This document shows positions 26,117-35,704 of a stretch of 64,000 nt of DNA, piece by piece; within the stretch, counting starts at the first letter, position 1; every line of letters starts with the position of its first letter. A program made the position numbers and the translations under genes. Source of the stretch: an uncultured Gemmatimonadota bacterium (GTDB lineage: Bacteria > Gemmatimonadota > Gemmatimonadetes > Palauibacterales > Palauibacteraceae); NCBI GenBank assembly GCA_964607465.1, contig CAZSKS010000007.1, positions 15,507 to 79,506 of the forward strand, given 5' to 3'. The notes under the pieces were generated by a model. It was not told the origin of the DNA, did not search any database, and saw nothing but the letters and a program-made list of their open reading frames with translations.

Positions 26117-27117
26117 TGACTCCACACAGTTTCCCAGACTCGAAGCCAGTTCATGCCCATGATCTTCTCGATCGCCCCGCGGCCGTACCCCCGCTCCATC
26201 AGACCCGCGGTGACGTTGGGAACGTCGGAGAAGTCCGACAGCCCCTCGGGGTAGATCATCCAATCTTCATATCGCTGCGGGTATGCCTCGGGCGGGAACC
26301 GCCTCGGATCGGCCTGACCCGAGATCTCACGACCCAGAATGAAGTCCAGGCCGATACCGACGTGATCGACTCCGACGAGATCGACAGCGTAGTCGACGTG
26401 ATCGAGAAAATCCTCTACCGTGGCTCTGCCCTCGGGCACAAGAAAGAAGTTGAAGGCACAGATGCCCACGACACCGCCCGTGTCCGCGATTGCGCGGAAC
26501 AGGCGATCACTTATTGCTCTCGGGTTGTCGCGAAGGCTTCTCGGATTGGAATGCGTGCATACCACCGGGCCATCGTACGCTTCGATGGCATCCAGCGAGG
26601 TGGCTTCGCTCGCGTGCCCACCCACGTCGAGCACGATCCCGAGCTCGTCGAGGGCCTCGACGACGGTGTGTCCAAACCGGCTGAGCGGACCCTGATGAGG
26701 ATCGACAGACCCGGATCCTGCATAGTTGCCTACGTTATAGACGAGTCCGCAGCTTCGAAGCCCCATCCGATGGAAGCCAACCAGCCGTGAGACCTCCTGC
26801 TCGAGATAGTCCACCCGTTGCCAGTTGAAGACGAGGGAGGGAACGCCCTCCCGGCGACCCCGCTCGAGATCCGACGTCGTCCGGGCATGGACTACGCTTT
26901 CCGGGTGCTCCTCCACGAAGTGGAGGTGAGGAGAGCCCACCGAGCTAACCGGGCGCTCGCCGCCCCTCAGGCCCCCGGTCAAGTTGACGTCGACCCCCCC
27001 CGCTTCCAGCCCGCGCAGGAGTTGCTCGTTCACCTCCGATCCGTCCATGCCGTTCACGACGAACAGTTCGTCGTGTAGGGCCCGTGCCTCCCTCTGGAGA
27101 CCCGGATCGTCGATCAC
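26113..27117 (-). CDS. M19 (renal dipeptidase)-like protein, cytoplasmic
   Basis: 334 aa. 'VVCTHSNPRSLRDNPRAISDRLFRAIADTGGVVGI' and 'GIGLDF'. The GTG start overlaps the upstream stop (GTGA). Confidence 0.75.
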   Translation of the reverse strand: MIDDPGLQREARALHDELFVVNGMDGSEVNEQLLRGLEAGGVDVNLTGGLRGGERPVSSVGSPHLHFVEEHPESVVHARTTSDLERGRREGVPSLVFNWQRVDYLEQEVSRLVGFHRMGLRSCGLVYNVGNYAGSGSVDPHQGPLSRFGHTVVEALDELGIVLDVGGHASEATSLDAIEAYDGPVVCTHSNPRSLRDNPRAISDRLFRAIADTGGVVGICAFNFFLVPEGRATVEDFLDHVDYAVDLVGVDHVGIGLDFILGREISGQADPRRFPPEAYPQRYEDWMIYPEGLSDFSDVPNVTAGLMERGYGRGAIEKIMGMNWLRVWETVWSQ

Positions 27118-28166
27118 CGGCGTTCCTCCGCGAGCCTGCTGGCCTCCCTTTCGCTCGTCACCGACGGCTCCTCGAGAAGGAAGCCATCCGCCAGGGGATC
27201 GCCGTCAGCCGTTATCCACTCATGGACTCCGGTGATGTAGGCGGATCCGCTGAGAGCGACGTCGTATCCGTCCTCCCCCGTGCGGGCCTCCGCGGTCAGG
27301 GTAAACGCGAGACCGGCCGGACCTACCGCCCGAACCTCGTCGCCCGCCGCGAATTCGCCGCGGTCCAGCAAGCCCGCCAGCAGTGAAGAGCTCCCCGTCC
27401 CGCACGGCGAGCGGTCGATTTGTGTCTGGCTGAAGAAGATTGCTGTCTGGATCGTGTCCGTGGCATCGGGCCGCCACCAGAAGGCCACCTCGAGGTCTTC
27501 GGTCAATCCATCCCCCGCCGAGCTGAGGACCTCATCGCGGAGGCGAGCACCCGTCCTACGGATTCGTCCGGGGGCTACGTCGGCGAGGTCCGGCAAGCCG
27601 GCGCTTCCCGACTCCACGACGAGGTAGGTGTTGCCACAGGTCGCCAGGAACGCGTCCACCTCTGGATGGCTGTCGAAGCGGACGCTTGCGCGAAGGGTCC
27701 GGGCCGGCGGCATGGAGAGCGTCGCCGACACCTCGTCCTGTGAACTCCGGAGCCCGATCACCTTCGTCCGGGTACCGTCGGGGTTGTCGATGTCGAAGGG
27801 CACCGACGGATCGAGCCCCCGGCGGCATTGTACGGCCAAGCTGCACAACGTCGCGTGGCCACAACCGTCGAGATAGCCATTCGTATCAAAAAAGATCAGG
27901 CCGAACGCGCTCTCCGGCCTCGCCGGCGGCGTGAGCATCGCCCCGAACATGTCCCGATGACCCCGCGGTTCGCGACACAGGGAGCGTCGAACTCCGTCGA
28001 AGTGGCGGCGGAAATGGGCACGCCGCGCCTCCATGGTGTCGCCGCGCAGAACGATCTCCGAATCAACGATCACTCGGCACGGTTCCCCTGCTGCGTGGGC
28101 ATCGATCGTAGAGACCGCGGCTGTGCCGGCCGGGGCGGCTGAAGTCGGCTCGGGAGTACCCGCCAT
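27114..28166 (-). CDS. Proline racemase / 4-hydroxyproline 2-epimerase family enzyme (Cys/Cys type)
   Basis: 350 aa. 'TIDAHAAGEPCRVI'; first catalytic Cys in 'LDGCGHAT'; second in 'DRSPCGTGSS'. Confidence 0.85.
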   Translation of the reverse strand: MAGTPEPTSAAPAGTAAVSTIDAHAAGEPCRVIVDSEIVLRGDTMEARRAHFRRHFDGVRRSLCREPRGHRDMFGAMLTPPARPESAFGLIFFDTNGYLDGCGHATLCSLAVQCRRGLDPSVPFDIDNPDGTRTKVIGLRSSQDEVSATLSMPPARTLRASVRFDSHPEVDAFLATCGNTYLVVESGSAGLPDLADVAPGRIRRTGARLRDEVLSSAGDGLTEDLEVAFWWRPDATDTIQTAIFFSQTQIDRSPCGTGSSSLLAGLLDRGEFAAGDEVRAVGPAGLAFTLTAEARTGEDGYDVALSGSAYITGVHEWITADGDPLADGFLLEEPSVTSEREASRLAEERR

Positions 28167-28170
28167 GTCT

Positions 28171-29949
28171 CTAAGGAGCGTCCCAAGTAGGCGTCGCTCC
28201 GTCGGGGATCACAGGTAGGACGATGTGTGACGGGTGGTCGTCCGAGTGATGAACCCGCACGCGGGCCGGCTGCATCTCCGTGCCCACGTCCGACTCGAGC
28301 GTGTTCAGGTTGCGACCGAAATTCGGAAAGTTGCTGCTCGACACCTCCAGCCGCACCCGGTGCCCAGCCTGAAAATAGTTGGAGCCGGGGTACATCTGGA
28401 CCGTCAGCTCCACAACCTCGCCGGGCTCGAGCGGAGTCGGGCTACGGTAGGATTCGCGGTACTGTGCGCGCGCGATGCCGTGGCTGATATTGAGCGCCCT
28501 TCCGCTGGGTGCGACGTCGAGCAGCTTCACGGTCACGTCGGTGTCCGGAACGTCGGCGGACACGTAGATAGTCGCTTCCACGGGCCCCGTCATCTCGAAA
28601 CCGCGCTCCAGCGGCTCGCTCGTGTAAACCAGTACGTCCTGCCGGGTCTCGATAGACCGATTGTCGACCGAGCCCTGGGCGATGCCCCCCCTGGCTCCCG
28701 CCGTTCGGCTACTGAGGGTCGGCACGGGGTTCTCGGGATCATACAGGTAGCTGTCTGCCGGTCCGTCCCCCGGGCTGTCCACCTCCAGGGTTCCGTCGCC
28801 CAACAGCGTGTTCGCGCCACCCTGGCTGTCCAGGTAGTAGCGCTCGTACTGCGTCTCCGGAATCGGCCAAGCATCCGCCGTCCTCCACTCGTTCTTCACG
28901 GGAAGAAAATACAGGACCGGCGGTTGGCTCGGTGCAGGTGCGCCCCGGAGTCGGTGGTCGACCCAGGCATTCCGGATGCTGTCCAGCGCGATGATCGCGT
29001 CCGGTCCGTAGTCCCGTTCCCCGATGCTGCGGTCACGGTTCACACCATGTAGCCACGGCCCGATGATCAGACGGTGTCGGGAGGCGTCACCCGTCTCAAT
29101 CGAGTTTGAGTAGTGTTTGGTGACGCCGGCCACCTGGCCGTCAAACCATCCCGTGACGTTGAACGAGGGAATGTCGAATGACTGGTAATGTCCGGATACC
29201 TGAAGAGGTTGCCAGTATTCCCCCATGGTGTCGTGCTTCATCCACTCGCGCCACGTCTGCATGGAGCGCCCTGCGACTTCGTCGAGCGTGTGTAGCGGAA
29301 GCTCCCACATGACCTGGGACCAGTCCCAGCCGGATCGAGACTGGTTCACCTGTCCGTACATGCCCATGAGCCAGGTGTAGATCAGATCCAGTTTGGGGAC
29401 TCCGTTCCATCGGACCAGGTCGAAGAATCCGTCGGCGGGTGCCACGTACCCGAGGATCGCGGCGTGATGCGGGTTGTTCTGTTTTGCCATCTGCCACTGG
29501 TTCATCCCGCGGTACGAGGTGCCGATCGTAGCCACGTTTCCGTCCGACCACGATTGGTCAGCGATCCAGGAGATGACATCGCTGCCGTCCTCGGAATCAT
29601 ATCGCCACGCGTCCCACTCTCCCTCGGAATCATAGCGGCCCCGGACGTCAACGGTCACGTACGCGTAACCTCGTCGCACCCATTCCCACGCGGCCTCCAT
29701 TGTCCGGTCGCTGTTGTTGTTGTAGGGGGTCAACGTGAAGATCGTCGGGTGCTGCCCGTCGTCCAGCGGCCGATAAATGTCCGCGGAAAGTCGGGTGCCG
29801 TCCCTCATTTCGACTCCGACGTCGTACTGGGCACTCAGTGGATACTGCGTGAACTCGCCCTGTTGCTGGGCTGAGGCCGAGGACACGAACATCAGGGAAG
29901 AGAAGACCGTCGCAGCGACAACCGAGCGTACGGGACGGGATTCATCCAT
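28171..29949 (-). CDS. CocE/NonD (S15, X-Pro dipeptidyl-peptidase) family serine hydrolase, secreted
   Basis: ORF 28171..30003. Start placed at ATG 29949. Signal 'VFSSLMFVSSASAQ'. 'VEMRDGTRLSADIYRP' and nucleophile motif 'GTSYRG'. Confidence 0.85.
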   Translation of the reverse strand: MDESRPVRSVVAATVFSSLMFVSSASAQQQGEFTQYPLSAQYDVGVEMRDGTRLSADIYRPLDDGQHPTIFTLTPYNNNSDRTMEAAWEWVRRGYAYVTVDVRGRYDSEGEWDAWRYDSEDGSDVISWIADQSWSDGNVATIGTSYRGMNQWQMAKQNNPHHAAILGYVAPADGFFDLVRWNGVPKLDLIYTWLMGMYGQVNQSRSGWDWSQVMWELPLHTLDEVAGRSMQTWREWMKHDTMGEYWQPLQVSGHYQSFDIPSFNVTGWFDGQVAGVTKHYSNSIETGDASRHRLIIGPWLHGVNRDRSIGERDYGPDAIIALDSIRNAWVDHRLRGAPAPSQPPVLYFLPVKNEWRTADAWPIPETQYERYYLDSQGGANTLLGDGTLEVDSPGDGPADSYLYDPENPVPTLSSRTAGARGGIAQGSVDNRSIETRQDVLVYTSEPLERGFEMTGPVEATIYVSADVPDTDVTVKLLDVAPSGRALNISHGIARAQYRESYRSPTPLEPGEVVELTVQMYPGSNYFQAGHRVRLEVSSSNFPNFGRNLNTLESDVGTEMQPARVRVHHSDDHPSHIVLPVIPDGATPTWDAP

Positions 29950-30036
29950 GGGGAACCTCTGCAGATCCGAGGGAGCGCAGCCGGTCGATGATGACGATCG
30001 CAACGGCCGCCCGCTCAGGAAGTGTTGGGAGTGGTA

Positions 30037-31287
30037 TCAAGTGCTGGGATTGTTGTTCGTCTCCGCGTCCGGCAGCGGCAGGCACGTCGTATTGCCGTAG
30101 GGCTGACCCTTGTGGTTCTCCCCGGTGGCGAACGGGATCTCGAAACGAAGCATGTCGTTCAGCCGGTGTGACTGAAGGTAGAGTTCCCGCCGTCGCTCCT
30201 CTATGACTTGTTGCTGGATCTCCTCGGAATCGCTGCTCGAGAAGGTCGGGAGGTCCTCCTTGAGTCTTAGGCGATTGATAGCATCGACGGCGTCCTGCCC
30301 CCCCTCCGCCTCGGCAATGATGAGCTGAGCTTCGTCCCAGGTGGCGATCGGTATCGGGGTGTCTACCGTCGGATAGAGGCCCTGGAACCACAGGGGAGTA
30401 ATCCCGTCCTGGCCCAAGCGATCCTGGTCGATGGTGGGCACGCGAACGTCAGGTTCACCCTGCACCTCGAGGTTTCGGAAGCTTGGATCGACGGTCACTT
30501 GAATGTTCCGGACGTTGAGCACGAAGACAGTATTCTCTCGCCGGTCGGTGGTGGCTGAGTAGGTGGCGTTCTTGACGAAGTCTTCCGTCACTTCCCCGGC
30601 GTCCGCGGCCGCCCCGGAGTCATTGCCGAGGTTGAGCCTCACCCGAGCTCTCCCGACGCGAGCCATGTCCAGAATCTCCGAGTTGTTCGCCTGCGCGGCC
30701 AGGTCGATGGCCGCGGTGAACCGATCCTCGGCCATGCTCAGCACCTCGGTCGGCGCCAGGACAGGTCCGACGTCGACAGTAACGCTGCAGAAGCCCTCCC
30801 CGAGAAGCGTCAGAGAATAGCCCTCGTAGGCGGCCGCAGTCGCGAGAAGGGAGGTCTTGTCGGGGACCTCGGCGTCAGGAAATCCGTCGATCTTCCGAAA
30901 CGCCTCGCTGGCTTGCCATCGCGCCGTTTGGAGGGGCTGCCACACACCGAACCAGTCACCCCCGTTGCAGCCATTCGTGCCCAGGAGATCGTTGTCGGGG
31001 GTGATGCGTCGCAGGTCCCAGTTCGTGGGAGCCACGAAGGCCGTGGCGATGAGCAACTCGTCGGTGAAGAGTCCCGTCGCCAGCGTGTAGTTCGCGAACG
31101 CGCACTCGAAGTCCGCGATGGCGCTGTTGACGAGAATCTCTGCCTGTCCCGGGTCCGTTAGCGATTCGGCCTCGACCCTCGTCGGACGTTCGACGTCGAG
31201 GAGCGAGTCGCAGGCTGCGGCGCCCGTGAATACCAGGACTGCCAGGACGACGGCGGACTCGAATCGGTGGCTGCTGTGACCCGTCAT
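30037..31287 (-). CDS. SusD/RagB-family outer-membrane lipoprotein
   Basis: Lipobox 'VFTGAAAC'. C-terminal 'EERRRELYLQSHRLNDMLRF' is SusD-like. Lies directly downstream of the SusC-like gene. Confidence 0.8.
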   Translation of the reverse strand: MTGHSSHRFESAVVLAVLVFTGAAACDSLLDVERPTRVEAESLTDPGQAEILVNSAIADFECAFANYTLATGLFTDELLIATAFVAPTNWDLRRITPDNDLLGTNGCNGGDWFGVWQPLQTARWQASEAFRKIDGFPDAEVPDKTSLLATAAAYEGYSLTLLGEGFCSVTVDVGPVLAPTEVLSMAEDRFTAAIDLAAQANNSEILDMARVGRARVRLNLGNDSGAAADAGEVTEDFVKNATYSATTDRRENTVFVLNVRNIQVTVDPSFRNLEVQGEPDVRVPTIDQDRLGQDGITPLWFQGLYPTVDTPIPIATWDEAQLIIAEAEGGQDAVDAINRLRLKEDLPTFSSSDSEEIQQQVIEERRRELYLQSHRLNDMLRFEIPFATGENHKGQPYGNTTCLPLPDAETNNNPST

Positions 31288-31358
31288 CTTCCTACTCCCC
31301 TACCCTGTCAATGTCTGGTCTGAGCGACCGAAGCAGTGCCAACGAACAGCACGCGGCA

Positions 31359-34300
31359 TCAAAAGGTCACGCTCACTGTGGCGAAGAACTGTGTCATCTG
31401 CGGCAGAACGGTCTGCACGTATCCGCTGAGCTCGCTGCTGGTGAGACGCACCTCGGGGTCCATCACCGGACGACCGTAGATTTCGTCCGTTGCCTGCCAA
31501 AGCGTGGCGAGGTTACGGCCGGAAACCGTCAGCCTCGCGCGCTCCGCCCCTAACCGCGCGATCCAACTCTCGGGCAGCACGTAGCTCAGCGATATTTCAC
31601 GGAGCTTCGCAAATCCTGCGTCCATGAAGCCGGCTACGCGCCACATGTTCATCGCATCGTAGGCGGCCAGGAATGGGTCCTTGTCTCCGGTCTTCTGGAT
31701 CTCCCGCGAGTTCCGGAGGAGGACGTGGGCGGCACCCACGTCACCGTTGAGCAGGTGGTGGCCGTCCTCGTAGTCGACGAGCCCGTAGACCTGGAATCGG
31801 TCGAGGAAGTTCACCGTCGTGCTGATGGAGGAAGTCCACGTGGGGTATGGCACGCCGTTGAAGACATCCGGGGCGTCGACGCAGGCAACTGATCCTCCAC
31901 CTTCCGGCCCGCCGTCGCACTGCATCTCAGTGACGTTACCGTCGCCGTCCACCGCAGCGTCCACGACCCGTCGGAAGAAGAAGGCACCCACCGGAAAGCC
32001 CTCGCGGTGCGCCTGCCGAGCTCCGACCGAGACGGGCGGGAGACCCCCGAGATCCGTGACCTCGTTGTCGTTGTGCGACAGCGTGAAGCCAAGTTGCCAG
32101 TCCACCCGATCGGCCTGGATAACGGTTCCGTCCAGCCCGAGCTCGAATCCACTTCCCTCGACAGTGCCGAGGTTCACGAACTGCGAACCACTGAAGCCCG
32201 AGGAGGGCGCGACGCCACGCTGGACGATTGCGTCATCCGTCGTCCGGTCGAAGTACGTGAATTGAATCCCGAGCCTGTCCTCCAGAAGGCCGGCGTCGAA
32301 TCCTGCCTCGATCTCCTTGCCCACCTCCGGTTGCAGGTCGGGATTCCCGATGTTGGACGGCGTCACCGTCGAGGTCCCGCCAGGTCCGGACGTCGGCGTG
32401 AACAGCTGCACGGCCGCGAACACGTCGGGCTGCTGGCCTGACTCTCCGTAGGCGGCGCGGACCCGCAGAGCGTTGACCAGCGGTACCTCGAACCACGGCT
32501 CCTCATGCACCACCCACGTGCCGCTCAACTTCGGATAGGTGACGAAGTCGAAGTTCTCACCGAATGCGCTATTGTCGTCCCCGCGAAGCGCCCCCGTGAC
32601 GAAGATCCGGTTCTTCCATGACAGCCGTTCCTGGACGAAGATTCCGAGGGTCTTGTTCTCGAGGAAGTCCTCGCCCCCGAACGTTGTCGCCGCACCGCCG
32701 ACGCTCTCGACGCCCGGAATCGGGAAGACGCGGCCTTCGGCGGTCGTGATCTCCGTCTGCTTCGAGATCATCTGGCCTCCGACCGACGTCTCCGAGGCGA
32801 TGTCTTGCGTCACGTCGAAGGAGGCCGTGGCGGCGTAGTCCACGGTCGTGAAAGTCGCCTTCAGTCGCTCAAGCTCCTTGTTGCCGAGGCTGAGGTCTCC
32901 GAAGAAGAACGACGCGCCGTCCGGGTGGCGGGGGAACAGGATCGAATTCGTCTCGTCACCGACATCGACCCCGACGTTGAGCCGATGGCGCAACCACTCC
33001 GTCGGACGATGCTGCAAGTTCAGGCCGCCGATGAAGCGGTCGATCCTGGCCCGTGAATCGATGGTCGACACGGCCTCCGGGGTCGCGCGCAGGAAGCCCC
33101 GGGTGGCTGTCTCGGCCTGGTTCGGTGACCCCCAGACGATCTGACCAATAATGTCCCATCCGTCCGCAGCCTGTCCCAACCTCGTTTCGTTACGAAGCGC
33201 GCTGAAATTGGCATTGACGTTGAAGTCTTCGCTCATCTGGTAGGAAAGATTGAGCCGGCCGTTGATGCGCTTGCGCCAGTTGTAGTCGAGCATTCCGGTT
33301 TCGTCGTCGAGACCGGCCGAGAGATAGTAGCTCAGCCCGTCGGCAGATCCGCCGTGGAGGGACCCGTTAAAGGACTGCGCGTGGCCCGTCGTGAAGATGG
33401 GGTTGCCCTCCGCCTCCGCCCTGGCGACGAGATCCAGACTCAAGAGCTCGCCCGTGTCTGGATCCAAGGCGTAGTTGGTGGGCAGGCGCTCATCGGGGTT
33501 CGACAGCCAATTCGCCCCCTGCTTGACGCGGAGGTTGAATTGAGGGGTTCCCTCCGAGCCCTTCTTGGTGATGATTTGGATGACCCCGTTCGACGCCTCC
33601 GTCCCGTACAGCGTCGAAGCCGCCGGTCCCTTGATGACCTCAATGCTCTCGATGCTCTCCGGGGAAATGTCGTTGATACGAGAGACCTGCTGTCCCCCCC
33701 GGATCGAGGGCCCGGATCGCGGCTCATTATTGATCCGAACTCCATCGATGTAGATGAGCGGCTCGTTCGTCAGGGAGAGAGTGGAGAGACCTCGAACCCT
33801 CGTGACCCCCCCTGTCCCCAGATTCCCTGAGCCAGGTTGGATCGCCACACCCGCCACCTTGCCGGCCAGAAGCCCCTGGATGTCCTGCGGACTCCCCTTC
33901 TCCACGGCGTCGGACGCGTCGACATTGGCCACCGAGTTTCCGATCGCGCGGGACTGAGTCTCCCCTGGCGTGCCGGTGACGACCAGCTCCTCCAGCTGTA
34001 CCGCTCTCTGTGGCAGCGTGATCCTAAGGTCGGTCGTTCCGACGGCAACGGCTCGCTCGACCGGACGGTGACCGATCAGCTGAACCCTGACGGTAACCTG
34101 CGGTCCCGACACATTCTCAATCCGAAAACGACCACGGGAATCCGTAACTGCACCGAGGTCAGTCCCGAGAATTGTGACCTGGGCACCGTTGAGGGGCTGG
34201 GCCGACTGGGCCGACTGGACGGTTCCCGCAATCGGGCCAGCCTGCTGGGCTTCGAGGGGCGCGCCCTTCCCAAACCAGATCGTCAAGAAGAAAAGGGCCA

Positions 34301-34397
34301 CACCGCCAACAGCGGCGCGCACACCAGGAGACCGGCACGTGTCTTCGCTACTTCCAGCCTCGCCGACGCCGAAGGCAATCCTTTTAGCTGAGCCCAT
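31359..34397 (-). CDS. SusC/RagA-family TonB-dependent outer-membrane transporter
   Basis: 1012 aa. CarboxypepD_reg-like N-terminus 'GTVQSAQSAQPLNGAQVTILGTDLGAVTDSRGRFRI'. Plug 'IESIEVIKGPAASTLYGTEASNGVIQIITKKG'. Ends '...VSVTF'. Confidence 0.9.
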   Translation of the reverse strand: MGSAKRIAFGVGEAGSSEDTCRSPGVRAAVGGVALFFLTIWFGKGAPLEAQQAGPIAGTVQSAQSAQPLNGAQVTILGTDLGAVTDSRGRFRIENVSGPQVTVRVQLIGHRPVERAVAVGTTDLRITLPQRAVQLEELVVTGTPGETQSRAIGNSVANVDASDAVEKGSPQDIQGLLAGKVAGVAIQPGSGNLGTGGVTRVRGLSTLSLTNEPLIYIDGVRINNEPRSGPSIRGGQQVSRINDISPESIESIEVIKGPAASTLYGTEASNGVIQIITKKGSEGTPQFNLRVKQGANWLSNPDERLPTNYALDPDTGELLSLDLVARAEAEGNPIFTTGHAQSFNGSLHGGSADGLSYYLSAGLDDETGMLDYNWRKRINGRLNLSYQMSEDFNVNANFSALRNETRLGQAADGWDIIGQIVWGSPNQAETATRGFLRATPEAVSTIDSRARIDRFIGGLNLQHRPTEWLRHRLNVGVDVGDETNSILFPRHPDGASFFFGDLSLGNKELERLKATFTTVDYAATASFDVTQDIASETSVGGQMISKQTEITTAEGRVFPIPGVESVGGAATTFGGEDFLENKTLGIFVQERLSWKNRIFVTGALRGDDNSAFGENFDFVTYPKLSGTWVVHEEPWFEVPLVNALRVRAAYGESGQQPDVFAAVQLFTPTSGPGGTSTVTPSNIGNPDLQPEVGKEIEAGFDAGLLEDRLGIQFTYFDRTTDDAIVQRGVAPSSGFSGSQFVNLGTVEGSGFELGLDGTVIQADRVDWQLGFTLSHNDNEVTDLGGLPPVSVGARQAHREGFPVGAFFFRRVVDAAVDGDGNVTEMQCDGGPEGGGSVACVDAPDVFNGVPYPTWTSSISTTVNFLDRFQVYGLVDYEDGHHLLNGDVGAAHVLLRNSREIQKTGDKDPFLAAYDAMNMWRVAGFMDAGFAKLREISLSYVLPESWIARLGAERARLTVSGRNLATLWQATDEIYGRPVMDPEVRLTSSELSGYVQTVLPQMTQFFATVSVTF

Positions 34398-34685
34398 CCT
34401 GCTCCCCTGCGGTTCGAAATGAGCGTCCCCGTTGGCACACCCAAACGGAAGCGTGCGAACGACCGCGACGAGCCGCGGCTACCAAGACGACGCCGCTCGG
34501 ATCTACTTCCCTTCCTTCATAGTCCAGACAGCGTACATGGCGGAATCGGAGTCGAGGGATTGTGTCCACCCGCAAAGTGAGATCTTCTCCGAAGGCTTCC
34601 CGGCGAACCCTCGCCCCGTGCAGCTGCTGGTCCCTCGGAGAAGCTCGGAGGGAACCACGCGAGCAACTACGTGTATCGTAGGCGT

Positions 34686-34701
34686 ATTTCGTATCCGAAA
34701 T
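34686..34701 (+). promoter_or_regulatory. Candidate operator site 1 (ATTTCG-TATC-CGAAAT)
   Basis: Palindromic 16-mer in the susC/gntR divergent region. Shares an exact 13-mer with site 2. Confidence 0.4.
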
Positions 34702-34842
34702 CTCGCATGTTGGATCGAGAGTACGGTAGATCGCTGCCGATGTCAAGTTCGGCAATGCGTTGTCTGCTGAGCCGAACCTAGCCAAGTTCCCGTACCGTGG
34801 GAGCGACCAGCAGCTTCGGGGGAGAAGGTGCGGAGAGAGACA

Positions 34843-34855
34843 TCGGATACGAAAT
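34843..34855 (-). promoter_or_regulatory. Candidate operator site 2 (ATTTCGTATCCGA on the minus strand)
   Basis: Exact inverted copy of 34686-34698, 144 bp away from it and about 155 bp upstream of the GntR start. Confidence 0.4.
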
Positions 34856-35009
34856 CGGAGATCCTGGGCGAGGCTGAACTACGTACTGCGATGCCGTAGA
34901 TTGCTGGAGCAGGTAGACGCCACCGAGGCACGAGCGAGGGAACCGTCCTATCCGGACGTTGATCGGGGAATCCGCTGGACGTGGGGCAACCCCTTAAAGG
35001 AGTAGTTAC

Positions 35010-35693
35010 ATGCCGCAACTCAACCGGCCGGTGCCGTTCCGCGACCAGCTGCGCGACATCATCCTCGACCAGATTCACTCCGGTGAACTCGAGGCTGGCG
35101 CCAGCATCAATCTGAACGAGCTCGCGAACGACATCGGTGTGAGCAAGACACCCGTCCGGGAGGCCCTTCTCCACCTCGAGGCCGAGAAGTTGGTGACAAG
35201 CCGCCCAGGTAGAGGTTTCTTCGTGCCACCACTTCTGGCGAGCGAAGCGAAGGAGATCTACAGAGCGATAGGGGCTGTCGAGTCAGCCGCACTCCGCCTT
35301 TGTGGCGCTCCCCCCAACAAGGTGTTCGACGAACTGGACGACCTTACGAGAGAGCGCATGGAAGCCCGAGACGACGCATTGCGGAACGTGGAACTCGACG
35401 GACGCTGGCACGAGATCCTGCTGTCACACGTTGACAACCTGCCGCTTCTCGAAACGCTGAGTCACCTGAAGAACCGGATGTTGCGCTACGAGATCACGTA
35501 CATGTACAGCCCTGAGCGTATTGACGTGGCCGTGGAAGACCACTGGGAGATCATGGAAGCGCTCAAGGCTGAGCGTGTCAACGATGCAGCAACGATTCTG
35601 CAGACGCACTGGTCACGGGCGGCCACCCTCCTCGGCCCCGAGTTCGACGACGAAGAGGAAGCGTCAGAGCTCGCCACCGGCTTCAGAGACTGA
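35010..35693 (+). CDS. GntR family regulator, FadR (FCD) subfamily
   Basis: 227 aa. wHTH 'LNELANDIGVSKTPVREALLHLEAEKLVTSRPGRGFFV'. All-helical C-terminal FCD-like domain. Confidence 0.85.
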   Translation: MPQLNRPVPFRDQLRDIILDQIHSGELEAGASINLNELANDIGVSKTPVREALLHLEAEKLVTSRPGRGFFVPPLLASEAKEIYRAIGAVESAALRLCGAPPNKVFDELDDLTRERMEARDDALRNVELDGRWHEILLSHVDNLPLLETLSHLKNRMLRYEITYMYSPERIDVAVEDHWEIMEALKAERVNDAATILQTHWSRAATLLGPEFDDEEEASELATGFRD

Positions 35694-35704
35694 ATCCGTG
35701 AGGC

